DNA of 39,926 nt. It comes from a virus (Duplodnaviria; Caudoviricetes). The notes beneath the pieces are model-generated. The model did no database searches. It saw only the letters and a program-made list of their open reading frames with translations, and was not told the origin of the DNA. The stretch covers positions 1 to 39,926 of the IMG/VR virus record IMGVR_UViG_3300049917_000278, one strand, 5' to 3'. Position 1 is the first letter of the stretch. Every line of letters begins with the position of its first letter. Positions 8,817 through 16,898 of the stretch are shown in pieces. The position numbers and the translations under genes are program-made.

Positions 8817-9990
8817 TTTTGATATAGTCGTAATTCATTTCAATACCAATGAAGCTGAAATCAAGATTGGAACACGCGACTCCCGTTGTACCGCTTCCCA
8901 TAAACGGATCCAGAACAACGCCGCCTTCGGGTGTGATGAGTTTGATCAGGTATTCCATGAGTTTGATGGGTTTGACAGTGGGATGCGTTGACACTACACC
9001 TTCAGGTAAACCTGAGTTACGGTCGGACTTTGAACTTTTCGCACAGTAGAAAAATCTGCTGGCACCACCGGTGTCTCCAAAGCCTGACTCAACTCTTTCG
9101 CCTACCGGCTGTGTTCCAAGCTGCCCTATTCGATCCGCTCCGCTATGCGGTTTGCGTCTAATTCCTGGCTTGCCGCTTGTCAATTCTCCCGTCTGCCCAT
9201 CCAAAATTTTTCCAGCTTCCTCATCCAGAATTACGTTGGCGGGGAAGCGGCCTGTGGCTGAGATTTTCTCAGACTGTTTCATTGCTCCCTTGCTCGCCAA
9301 AAATTCTTTGCCTTTATTGCTTGCCGAATCTCCGCCTTTCGCCGACTCAAAGTCAGCTTCGGACTGGTAGCCGATTCGGCTTTGATCAATATTCAACCCA
9401 CCCGTCCCATGCTTCAGCACGTTCTTTGCAATCGTCGATTCAGACAAAGGCTTGCGTGCAAGGGTCCAAAATTCACACGCTGGCTTAAGCGCAGTTCCCC
9501 AGCCGGACCATTTTTGAGCTTCGGAAGTAGCGGCTTTCGTGATTGGCACTCCAAGTCTTTCACGATCGGATACATGAGATTGGTCATAGCTATTACCGCG
9601 AATATCAGGCGCGGAATAATCCTTGTGTCCAATAACTTCCCGTTCTGCCCCCGCCGCCTTATCAATCGCCTTGGAAATATCCTGGGATTTAGGAAATCCT
9701 TGACCATATATCCAAGACACCACGTCCCTTATCTCAAAGCCTGCATCCTCAATGTTAACAGCCATGCGGTGCTGAGTTCTGGTTCCGCATGCTGCAAGCA
9801 TGTGCCCGCCGGGCTTTAATACTCTCAGACATTCTTTCCAAATTTCCACGGTTGGCACATCGTAATCCCATTTCTTCCCCATGAAAGACAGGCCATATGG
9901 AGGATCGGTGACAATTGAATCAATCGAATTTGCTTCCAATCCAGGTAGAATTTTCAAACAGTTTTCATGGTAAAGTCTGAATGTTTTCAA
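8776..9990 (-). CDS. DNA N6-adenine/N4-cytosine methyltransferase (beta class)
   Basis: N-terminal DPPY catalytic motif, HPTVKP, and C-terminal DPFMGSGTTG SAM-binding motif; TTG start. Confidence 0.95.
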   Translation of the reverse strand: MKTFRLYHENCLKILPGLEANSIDSIVTDPPYGLSFMGKKWDYDVPTVEIWKECLRVLKPGGHMLAACGTRTQHRMAVNIEDAGFEIRDVVSWIYGQGFPKSQDISKAIDKAAGAEREVIGHKDYSAPDIRGNSYDQSHVSDRERLGVPITKAATSEAQKWSGWGTALKPACEFWTLARKPLSESTIAKNVLKHGTGGLNIDQSRIGYQSEADFESAKGGDSASNKGKEFLASKGAMKQSEKISATGRFPANVILDEEAGKILDGQTGELTSGKPGIRRKPHSGADRIGQLGTQPVGERVESGFGDTGGASRFFYCAKSSKSDRNSGLPEGVVSTHPTVKPIKLMEYLIKLITPEGGVVLDPFMGSGTTGVACSNLDFSFIGIEMNYDYIKIAEARTADGFANE

Positions 9991-10410
9991 TTAAACCGCC
10001 TTCGGGTCATAGGCCAACTTGATTTGGTTCTTGGCATCCTCTTTATCGGGTACAACCTGCACATTATCTGACCAGCCGCAAAGGTTTTTCAGGCAGAAAA
10101 TTAGCATAGGAACATTGCCTGAAAGGGCCATATTCACTGCCTTTCCCTTCAATGCTGACCTAAGAGAGTCTTTATGTTTTTCATTGTATTCTGTTAGGTT
10201 GACGCAGTCATAATGATCTAGAAGCATGTATTCTAGTTTACTTTGACTTGGTACCCGCTTGAAAGCCGATCCCTCGCTATTTGCAATGCGAAAGAGTTCC
10301 ACCCGGATATGATCCCAGGTAGCTCCCACTGATCGAAGGACATGAACCAAAGGAACAATAGCTTTTTCCTCTGCCTCACTCCATTCCTGTTCGCCTTTTG
10401 CTACTCCCAT
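9991..10410 (-). CDS. terS: Terminase small subunit
   Basis: 139 aa; HTH-like N-terminus and A..GN..MLIF..KN..GW.D C-terminal motif; upstream of terL. Confidence 0.7.
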   Translation of the reverse strand: MGVAKGEQEWSEAEEKAIVPLVHVLRSVGATWDHIRVELFRIANSEGSAFKRVPSQSKLEYMLLDHYDCVNLTEYNEKHKDSLRSALKGKAVNMALSGNVPMLIFCLKNLCGWSDNVQVVPDKEDAKNQIKLAYDPKAV

Positions 10411-10658
10411 TAAAGCGCCTTTATTACGATATCGATTTGCCCTTTGCCAAAGGATTCATGGTCACATGATTGACAGTAGAAATTAAATTCCATAGGAACA
10501 CCGACCATAGGATGACTTTCATAGTCATCGCCTAAATCCCTTTCCATGGACTTCCCGCAATCATCACAGTCCATGCTGATCTTTATTCCTGGGAAATAGC
10601 ATCTTTTTATTTCCAGTTCCCGGCTTTTCATTTCCCCGGAAACTCTCATATTTGCCAT
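10410..10658 (-). CDS. Zinc-ribbon protein
   Basis: CDDC and CQSC motifs. Confidence 0.65.
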   Translation of the reverse strand: MANMRVSGEMKSRELEIKRCYFPGIKISMDCDDCGKSMERDLGDDYESHPMVGVPMEFNFYCQSCDHESFGKGQIDIVIKAL

Positions 10659-10661
10659 GCT

Positions 10662-10772
10662 CTACCTATTATTCATCAGTGAAAATATAATCATCAGGAA
10701 CAGCGCTGCTATCACGACCACGGTGAACATGAATCCGGTTCGGTTATCGTCGTCATTGAATGGATCACTCAT
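10662..10772 (-). CDS. 36-aa single-pass membrane protein (not in ORF track)
   Basis: MSDPFNDDDNRTGFMFTVVVIAALFLMIIFSLMNNR; ATGA overlap with the upstream stop; fills the gap almost exactly. Confidence 0.65.
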   Translation of the reverse strand: MSDPFNDDDNRTGFMFTVVVIAALFLMIIFSLMNNR

Positions 10773-11032
10773 TTCCCAATCGACTCCAAAAATACTGTGA
10801 ACCTATCCATAAGCCCTGGTCCTGTCGCTTCGGGAACCATGGGCTGAAGTGGAACCACGGCTCCGTTGCTGCAAACGCATGCTGAGTTTGAAACGGACGC
10901 AAGATTATCCTTGCGACCGCACTTATTCCAACACCAGACCCAGGTCGACTTCAGGACAACGGTCTCAGTTTTTTCAACTGTGCTGCAAGCTGTCAGGAGT
11001 AATAAGAGCATAGCGGTGATCAGTCGCGTCAT
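10769..11032 (-). CDS. Small Cys-rich lipoprotein
   Basis: Signal peptide with lipobox LTAC; CWNKC and CVC motifs. Confidence 0.7.
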   Translation of the reverse strand: MTRLITAMLLLLLTACSTVEKTETVVLKSTWVWCWNKCGRKDNLASVSNSACVCSNGAVVPLQPMVPEATGPGLMDRFTVFLESIGK

Positions 11033-11357
11033 CGATTTGCCTCAACATGGTTCCAGCGATAGCCTGAAACAAATAGTCTTTCGCGCGTTGTGAAATTGGT
11101 AGCTGGCCATATTCTACCATGCATGGATGCTGTTTTTTATCCCATCCAAGATTTTGCATCTCCAGAATCCAGGATTCATGAGAATCGGCTGGTGTGGAGT
11201 CAGGCTTAGCTTCCTTGAACATTACCCCTTTGATAGCGGATTCCCTTTGCCAGTCGGGTGCATCAGCCCATGCCGGTTGGCTGTCATCGCCAATTGCCTG
11301 ACAATATGCCCGGTTGGCTTCATGGCAAACTTCAGCAATTCTCACGTAATTTTTCAT
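10974..11357 (-). CDS. RyR-domain protein
   Basis: HEANRAYC..IGD.SQP.W..AP.WQ..SA..GV...HESW...GW...HPC...Y.QLP..QR.KD pattern. Confidence 0.75.
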   Translation of the reverse strand: MKNYVRIAEVCHEANRAYCQAIGDDSQPAWADAPDWQRESAIKGVMFKEAKPDSTPADSHESWILEMQNLGWDKKQHPCMVEYGQLPISQRAKDYLFQAIAGTMLRQIDDATDHRYALITPDSLQHS

Positions 11358-11390
11358 GGGGGGGGACCTCGGTTTTGGTAATTTTGAATG

Positions 11391-11420
11391 AATCTAGCCT
11401 TTTGGCCAGGATTGCGTCAA
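11391..11420 (-). promoter_or_regulatory. Sigma70-like promoter for the leftward (late) operon
   Basis: TTGACG-N18-TAGATT on the - strand, about 35 nt upstream of 11357. Confidence 0.5.
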
Positions 11421-11439
11421 GTCTTACCAAAATAAAGAT

Positions 11440-11466
11440 TCAATTAGTTATGATATATTCCGATAA
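11440..11466 (+). promoter_or_regulatory. Sigma28 (FliA)-type promoter
   Basis: TCAA-N15-TCCGATAA against consensus TAAA-N15-GCCGATAA; 48 nt upstream of 11515. Confidence 0.55.
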
Positions 11467-11514
11467 GAGATTATAAGTCGGCAATGAGGCCTGACTGGAA
11501 CCAGGGGAAAGAAA

Positions 11515-11721
11515 ATGAAAACACAAAATCAAATCGAACTGGAAGCCGAATACTTCAAAATACACAATGACTTGCAAGCGATGAGTGATGATGAATTTAA
11601 CAGTAATTCTAAGGCTCTATATGCCAGGACTTTGGAGATTACTAATATTTTGAAATATACCCCGCGTACAGCTGAAGCTAGCAAAGCCTTTGACGAAGCC
11701 TTTCCATTGATGGGGAACTAA
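11515..11721 (+). CDS. Hypothetical early protein
   Basis: 68 aa; AGGGGA RBS; first gene of a rightward unit. Confidence 0.7.
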   Translation: MKTQNQIELEAEYFKIHNDLQAMSDDEFNSNSKALYARTLEITNILKYTPRTAEASKAFDEAFPLMGN

Positions 11722-11725
11722 AACG

Positions 11726-11947
11726 ATGAAAACCTTACTGGAAGCAAGAATCAAAGACCTTGTCGCGGAATGCAATGAGAGCGGGAACTCCCTTACCATG
11801 ATTCTCAGTGCCGTGATCGATCAAATGGATGAGAACATGTGCAATCCCATTTTCGATGAAAATATAGGTCTAAGAGATCGTTACAAGTCGGCTATTCAGC
11901 TTTTGATCAGTGCCGAGACACTTATTTTGGGAAAGGTCAAAAAATGA
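11726..11947 (+). CDS. Hypothetical protein
   Basis: 73 aa, tightly packed in the operon. Confidence 0.65.
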   Translation: MKTLLEARIKDLVAECNESGNSLTMILSAVIDQMDENMCNPIFDENIGLRDRYKSAIQLLISAETLILGKVKK

Positions 11948-12357
11948 AAACCCTAATATTGATCTCAGCCATGGCCTTGACCGCTTGCGGAATGGAAACC
12001 AAGGACGAACCGACCGCCAGTGCCATAGTCGAGGAATATTCCAACGAAGCACCAAGCTTTGCAAAATGGGATTCGATGAATTCAGCTACCGATGACTGCA
12101 GCGTGGTCGGGATCAATGAGGAGATGCACTGTTCCACCCGGTTCATGGCAGGTGAGGATGATAACTGCCCGCTTGCAGTATTCAAGTTCGTCGCTATCAA
12201 GGACGGCTATATGTTTGTTCAAACCAAGTCTGAAGTGATAGTCCGGCAAGGGGAATTCCATATCCTGGACTGGCAGGAAAAGCCTGAAGTCTATCGGGTC
12301 ACAGATAAAGACAATGAAGCTTATCAGCACTACTTTGTATGCGTGGAGCCGAACTAA
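11944..12357 (+). CDS. Lipoprotein
   Basis: Lipobox in MKTLILISAMALTAC; acidic mature region with 4 further Cys. Confidence 0.75.
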   Translation: MKTLILISAMALTACGMETKDEPTASAIVEEYSNEAPSFAKWDSMNSATDDCSVVGINEEMHCSTRFMAGEDDNCPLAVFKFVAIKDGYMFVQTKSEVIVRQGEFHILDWQEKPEVYRVTDKDNEAYQHYFVCVEPN

Positions 12358-12527
12358 TGAAAGTCTATGTTTTAGAAGGTCACGTTAGTTACGAAGGATT
12401 CGAGATAATTGGAATATTTTCATCGAAAGAAAAAGCTGAATTAGTCATGTCATCTGTTCCCATGCGGACCAGAACAAGTAGGGGTTTCGATGATTGTGAT
12501 ATCACCGAACATGAGGTTCAAGAATGA
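12357..12527 (+). CDS. Small phage protein (MKVYV...IIGIFSS.EKA type)
   Basis: TAATG overlap; motif common in small phage proteins. Confidence 0.7.
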   Translation: MKVYVLEGHVSYEGFEIIGIFSSKEKAELVMSSVPMRTRTSRGFDDCDITEHEVQE

Positions 12528-12733
12528 AAAAGAAAAAGCGCGGTAAGTCCGGACCCAAGGTCAAGATCAAGGATGCCCATCGGGCTTGCTGGAATGTCAC
12601 CGGTGAGCATTGGGATTGGGTTAAGAGCGAATCAGAAAGGCTTTGCTTATCTGAATCAGAGTTTGTCAGGACAGTTTTTGATTCAATCAAAATAATGGGG
12701 GTAAGATACAGTGTTGATTCCAAAGCAGTTTGA
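12524..12733 (+). CDS. Putative small DNA-binding protein (ribbon-helix-helix-like)
   Basis: Basic KKKKRG N-terminus and LSESEFVR helix. Confidence 0.45.
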   Translation: MKKKKRGKSGPKVKIKDAHRACWNVTGEHWDWVKSESERLCLSESEFVRTVFDSIKIMGVRYSVDSKAV

Positions 12734-12737
12734 AACA

Positions 12738-12770
12738 AAAGAAAGTGACCGCCTAGCCTTCACTTTCTTT
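12738..12770. terminator. Bidirectional terminator between convergent units
   Basis: Perfect 11-bp inverted repeat AAAGAAAGTGA-N11-TCACTTTCTTT. Confidence 0.65.
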
Positions 12771-12828
12771 GGGGTTGTCATCCTGATTCACCTGATTGCC
12801 AGCGCGTATTTATGTGACAGGTTTGGGA

Positions 12829-13074
12829 TCAGACTATCGGAAATCCTGCCTTTTTCGGAGTGACTTTGAATGTCGATAGCAGCATGCCATCATATTGGGT
12901 CTGGGTTCCACAGTGGGGACAGAAAAATGACCACAAATTAATGCTATCGTATTCCAGTTCATCCTTGGATATTTCCAGCAAAGCCTGACAGTCGTGTTTC
13001 CTGCAAGGAAGGTGATACACTGGAACTTCTTGATCAGGATGTATTTTTCGAATTGGTTGGACTATGGTTTTCAT
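12829..13074 (-). CDS. Zinc-ribbon protein
   Basis: CRKHDC and CPHC motifs. Confidence 0.7.
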   Translation of the reverse strand: MKTIVQPIRKIHPDQEVPVYHLPCRKHDCQALLEISKDELEYDSINLWSFFCPHCGTQTQYDGMLLSTFKVTPKKAGFPIV

Positions 13075-13077
13075 TTT

Positions 13078-13206
13078 TCATCCCCTTCGCATTGTTTTAT
13101 CAATAATATAGGCATAGTCAGGCAAGCCCATCCGCTTGGCTCTTAGAACAAAATGCCTACGCGCGCGGGCAATCCTCTTTTTGATCAGCCGATCGCGTTT
13201 ATTCAT
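13078..13206 (-). CDS. 42-aa basic peptide (not in ORF track)
   Basis: MNKRDRLIKKRIARARRHFVLRAKRMGLPDYAYIIDKTMRRG; ATGA overlap; fills the gap. Confidence 0.6.
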   Translation of the reverse strand: MNKRDRLIKKRIARARRHFVLRAKRMGLPDYAYIIDKTMRRG

Positions 13207-13463
13207 TCGATCGAAATTCCTTTCCCCAGCAATATACCCATGAAATGCATTGTGTTGACCCAGCCAAGCAATTCTTGCTGGGCTTTTTCTGATAGCTTCA
13301 ATTGATTGTTGTGCAAAAATTCCTGCATCTTTTCCATATTGGCCAGCTGGGTTTTCGCTACATATTCATCGCCTAGCATACCAAGCGCCTTGAAATAACC
13401 CCGGACTTTAGGGTCATTCATCCGTATATTTTCACCTGTTCCGTCAACAAAATTCATGCTCAT
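13203..13463 (-). CDS. Hypothetical protein
   Basis: 86 aa; ATGA-coupled. Confidence 0.7.
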   Translation of the reverse strand: MSMNFVDGTGENIRMNDPKVRGYFKALGMLGDEYVAKTQLANMEKMQEFLHNNQLKLSEKAQQELLGWVNTMHFMGILLGKGISIE

Positions 13464-13771
13464 TTATTTACTTTCCCCTCAATCAATATCGGACATTGAA
13501 CATCGAATAACCAACCTGATTTGTGCCCACACTTGATGCACATAAATCTCTGCAATTGAGATTCCTCTGCATACCATGACCTGGAATTACAGAGTTCCAG
13601 TCCACACTTCGGGCAATAGCAAAATGTGCTTTGGCCTTTGTTGTATTTTTTGACAAGCCAGCGGGCAATATCCTCGATCCAGACTTTTGGCATATATGGC
13701 TCCCCCCATCTTGAGGCCTCATCCTCGAAGCTTTCGAAAAATCGATTAGGATATCCTCCCGGTTCTTTCAC
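13460..13771 (-). CDS. Zinc-ribbon protein
   Basis: CPKC and CIKC motifs; GTG start with RBS. Confidence 0.65.
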   Translation of the reverse strand: MKEPGGYPNRFFESFEDEASRWGEPYMPKVWIEDIARWLVKKYNKGQSTFCYCPKCGLELCNSRSWYAEESQLQRFMCIKCGHKSGWLFDVQCPILIEGKVNK

Positions 13772-13811
13772 TTATGCGCCTTCCCCGTTGCATCCGGCAA
13801 CCTCCTAGTTT

Positions 13812-14057
13812 TTAAATCCTTTTTAAAACTTCCTGCAGCGTTTCCGCGCCTGCTATCTTGCTCAAAGCGTCAAGAAGTTCTTCTTTTGAACCTCTAAAAA
13901 CATACCGGGCTGTCCTGCCTTTATATGAAGTGTGATCATGCAGAATTTCGATTTTGCACAAGTCCAATATTGGAAGTCTCCACTTCATTTCTGTTTCATT
14001 CTTGGCTGCTTCAATTTCATCCAAATATTCCTGATAGGTCATGCTGATATTTTTCAT
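13812..14057 (-). CDS. Hypothetical protein
   Basis: 81 aa; coupled to neighbours. Confidence 0.65.
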   Translation of the reverse strand: MKNISMTYQEYLDEIEAAKNETEMKWRLPILDLCKIEILHDHTSYKGRTARYVFRGSKEELLDALSKIAGAETLQEVLKRI

Positions 14058-14323
14058 CCCTCCCCCTCATCCAATGCTTTGCGGGCTATATCCAGGTTTT
14101 TAACGGCCAACTCAAGCGAGCCATCATCTTCTAACTCTTCCCGAGCATCTTCCATGAATAAATCAAGCCATTCATCGTATGCAGCGACAAAGGCCAGGAG
14201 TTTGGTAAGTGACTCGAAGACCTCTTCTATCTCATCATCAGAAAATATTTTAATGGCCGGATAAACAGGACAGGATGTGCGGTATCCAACTTCGATTTCT
14301 TTCAGCCTTTGAATCATGTTCAT
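14054..14323 (-). CDS. Hypothetical acidic protein
   Basis: 89 aa; ATGA overlaps. Confidence 0.65.
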   Translation of the reverse strand: MNMIQRLKEIEVGYRTSCPVYPAIKIFSDDEIEEVFESLTKLLAFVAAYDEWLDLFMEDAREELEDDGSLELAVKNLDIARKALDEGEG

Positions 14324-14514
14324 AAATCAAACCACTTCTCTAATTTATTTTCCCCGGTGACAATCCATGAAATCAGAGCGACTAGCATTGGAATTGCCAT
14401 GAAAGCCAGAGCATAAGGAGCGTCATCACTATTTGCCATCCCCGAACCGAACAACCAAATAAACCCGCCGATTCCCCAGATCATGATTAGCGTCAATTTC
14501 AGTCGTTTAATCAT
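14320..14514 (-). CDS. Small two-helix membrane protein
   Basis: Two hydrophobic segments in 64 aa. Confidence 0.65.
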   Translation of the reverse strand: MIKRLKLTLIMIWGIGGFIWLFGSGMANSDDAPYALAFMAIPMLVALISWIVTGENKLEKWFDL

Positions 14515-14725
14515 GCTGACGCCAATCGCGTTTAAAAGGCTTATAAACCGTCAATCCAAACTCTCCCTCATGCTTTGAGACTTCGATTATTCGGCATTCG
14601 TCGTAATGATCCTCAAGTCTATAGTCACCTGCTTTGATATTTCGATCGCTTGCCAGGAGGAAAAGGGTATTCAGCTGATCGAGAGTGACAACGAATGTTT
14701 CTTTTCCGGTATATTGATAGGTCAC
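14507..14725 (-). CDS. Hypothetical protein
   Basis: 72 aa; overlaps its neighbours. Confidence 0.6.
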   Translation of the reverse strand: MTYQYTGKETFVVTLDQLNTLFLLASDRNIKAGDYRLEDHYDECRIIEVSKHEGEFGLTVYKPFKRDWRQHD

Positions 14726-15234
14726 CCACCCACCTCATACCAGCCCATAGCGGCTGTCACGATTTTCTTCTGAATAATCGGATTCAGTGGGTCAAGAATT
14801 TCCTGAAGCTGAATCCAGGCTTTACTAGCTGCTTGTCTCTGGATGGGAGGGGACCAATGATTAAGAGGTTCAGTTTGCGGTTCTGGGCTGATCATTTCCC
14901 CATCATTGACCGCAATCACACTCTCAAGCTTCAGAGGCTCAGAATCCAAATCAGACAGCTTGGGGACAGCCTTACTTTTTGGCGACTGTTCCAAGGCGCG
15001 GGTGAGGCATAGGGGCGTCAAACCGACTCTAAGGAATGCCGCTGCGAGCCTTTCCAGGAGCTCCCAATCCCCGCTCATCGCAAGCCGATGCACATAAGGC
15101 GAAAAGTCAGCCAATTTATAACCTGCCCTATCGAGTACCAGGCTAATTGAATTCGTTGGGCAGTTTTCTGAAATCAATGCCGACACACCTGATTCTATGT
15201 CCGCGACAAACTCGCGTTGTTTAAGTGTGGCCAT
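14722..15234 (-). CDS. Hypothetical protein
   Basis: Likely start MATLKQ at 15234 with a GAAGGGA RBS. Confidence 0.65.
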   Translation of the reverse strand: MATLKQREFVADIESGVSALISENCPTNSISLVLDRAGYKLADFSPYVHRLAMSGDWELLERLAAAFLRVGLTPLCLTRALEQSPKSKAVPKLSDLDSEPLKLESVIAVNDGEMISPEPQTEPLNHWSPPIQRQAASKAWIQLQEILDPLNPIIQKKIVTAAMGWYEVGG

Positions 15235-15349
15235 GTATATCCCTTCAAATAAAGCGAAACACCTGGAATTAAATCCAGATATCCCGAGGCTTAGTATTCT
15301 TGCGATTATAAAACTCAATTGCGAAGTGGAATGTAGAATTTAGGGAGAA

Positions 15350-15385
15350 AAAATACAAGTGCCCTTTCGATCTGGGAAAGGGCAC
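15350..15385 (-). terminator. Rho-independent terminator
   Basis: GTGCCCTTTC/GAAAGGGCAC 10-bp stem followed by TTGTATTTTTT on the - strand. Confidence 0.7.
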
Positions 15386-15430
15386 AGGCTGGTCATAAAA
15401 ATCGAACAGTCTTGCAACCAAGATTTGACC

Positions 15431-15874
15431 CTAATCCAGTCCGTTGGTTTTATCAAACGATGATTCGAGGAATTCGAACATGATCGGTGAGACTATAAGG
15501 CGACCCTGAAACTCAGGCTGGCGCAAAGCCCAGTCCCGGACAGCGCGGGCATAGCTGTAGTTCTTATTGATCAGAAAAGCCATGGCGGCATGATTGGCGG
15601 TTTTCCAGTCATATGTGCCCGCAGAGGACTTTTTGAAGATGGGTTCCAATGAGACGACATACCGGACAGCATCGGCTTCCTGCATCGAGATAGCTCTCGG
15701 TTGAACAGCCTCATTTTGGGTAGCAGAACTTTTCAGCCGGGAATCAGTTTCGGGTTCAGCCCAGAGGAAAGCCTCATCATCATTTGAGGTTGGGGGGGTT
15801 TTCTTTTCCTCTAAAGCGCGGCGAATAGCGCGCAGCTCGGTTAAGACCGCGTTCTGGAAATCAATCGGGAACAT
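15431..15874 (-). CDS. Hypothetical protein
   Basis: Likely start MFPIDF at 15874 with a GGAGGA RBS; divergent from the putative origin region. Confidence 0.7.
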   Translation of the reverse strand: MFPIDFQNAVLTELRAIRRALEEKKTPPTSNDDEAFLWAEPETDSRLKSSATQNEAVQPRAISMQEADAVRYVVSLEPIFKKSSAGTYDWKTANHAAMAFLINKNYSYARAVRDWALRQPEFQGRLIVSPIMFEFLESSFDKTNGLD

Positions 15875-15888
15875 AGTTTTCCTCCATT

Positions 15889-16021
15889 CCCGGGGTTTTA
15901 TTTGTTCCCCCGGGTTTTTGCAAACCAAATCTAAAACCCGCCAACGGCCAAGGAATGCTGGGGGGGAAAAATATTGGCCGTGAATTTATCCAGGACGTGG
16001 TGGGGGGCGAGCCAGCCCCCC
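15889..16021. other. Cluster of three GC-rich hairpins (candidate origin/priming signal)
   Basis: CCCGGGG/CCCCGGG (15889-15914), ACGGCCAA/TTGGCCGT (15944-15981) and GGGGGGC/GCCCCCC (16002-16021). Confidence 0.45.
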
Positions 16022-16141
16022 TTGGAAAACAGGGCAATCAAAAGGCAGTCCCTCCCCGCTTTTGGGCTTCGATCGAGTGATAAGAAAGAGATCAAAGATA
16101 CATCGCGAATAAGCTAATAATTTCAACGAAAAAAGTTCCCC

Positions 16142-16196
16142 AAAGTGTCATGAATTGACACTTTAGCTTCCCAAAGTGCCAGAATTTGGCACTTTG
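16142..16196. promoter_or_regulatory. Two tandem palindromic operator/iteron-like sites
   Basis: AAAGTGTCA-N5-TGACACTTT and CAAAGTGCCA-N5-TGGCACTTTG with a 31-bp period. Confidence 0.75.
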
Positions 16197-16220
16197 TCCG
16201 TAACTATTTGGCTTGTTATA

Positions 16221-16229
16221 TGCTAAAAT
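16221..16229 (+). promoter_or_regulatory. Extended -10 promoter for the winged-HTH operon
   Basis: TGcTAAAAT about 100 nt upstream of 16329. Confidence 0.5.
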
Positions 16230-16234
16230 GGGAT

Positions 16235-16262
16235 AAAAAAAAGACCGACTAATGCCGGTCTT
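16235..16262 (-). terminator. Terminator antisense to the leader of 16329
   Basis: AAGACCGGC-ATTA-GTCGGTCTT followed by a U run on the - strand. Confidence 0.6.
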
Positions 16263-16328
16263 ACTGCTTGATTATCCTTCAAAAATAGGCGAATAATCAG
16301 GCTTAACAAAATCAAAGGCAGTCATACC

Positions 16329-16898
16329 ATGGATTTCGATAAAGCCCAACTTGAATTACATATTATTGATGCGCGTCGAAACGCAGATACAGTCATGCTT
16401 TCCAGATATATCATGCGCTATCTTTGCACATTCGACGACAACGTAGTCTTTGCACCACAAGGATTAGCTAACACACTCCAATCATTGGTAGGACTTTCCA
16501 AAAGGACCACTCATCGAATTATTGATTCCCTCACAGACAGAAATATTTTTACCAAAGAAGATGAATTTTCTTTGCAATTGAATCCCCAATTTAGTAGCAA
16601 GACCTCGAATAGTATCAAATACGCTGGTGACAAGATTGTTTTCAGCAATGATGAGTCACTTTACCTGTTTGAATTAGCCTCCATTAGGGCAGAAATATGG
16701 GCACTAAGAGGGAAAAATAAGAGACGCACTAAAAAGGATGATGATATGAAACAATTGATAAAGAAGGTTGGTAAGTTAGAGGAACAAAATGCGGAAATGA
16801 TGCAATTGCTGAGGAATATTGCTAAGGGCATGAATTCCGATGAGGCTAAGGAAAAAGCTGAATGTCATTTGAGATTGATTGAAGGTGGGAAGGAATGA
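16329..16898 (+). CDS. Winged-HTH protein, putative replication initiator/regulator
   Basis: LQSLVGLSKRTTHRIIDSLTDRNIF...LQLNP pattern resembling RepL/phage initiator winged-HTH domains; C-terminal coiled coil. Confidence 0.55.
   Translation: MDFDKAQLELHIIDARRNADTVMLSRYIMRYLCTFDDNVVFAPQGLANTLQSLVGLSKRTTHRIIDSLTDRNIFTKEDEFSLQLNPQFSSKTSNSIKYAGDKIVFSNDESLYLFELASIRAEIWALRGKNKRRTKKDDDMKQLIKKVGKLEEQNAEMMQLLRNIAKGMNSDEAKEKAECHLRLIEGGKE

Noticed and set aside
16136-16200. CRISPR mini-array
   Set aside because: Only two adjacent palindromic units with no spacer-length unique sequence and no cas genes.
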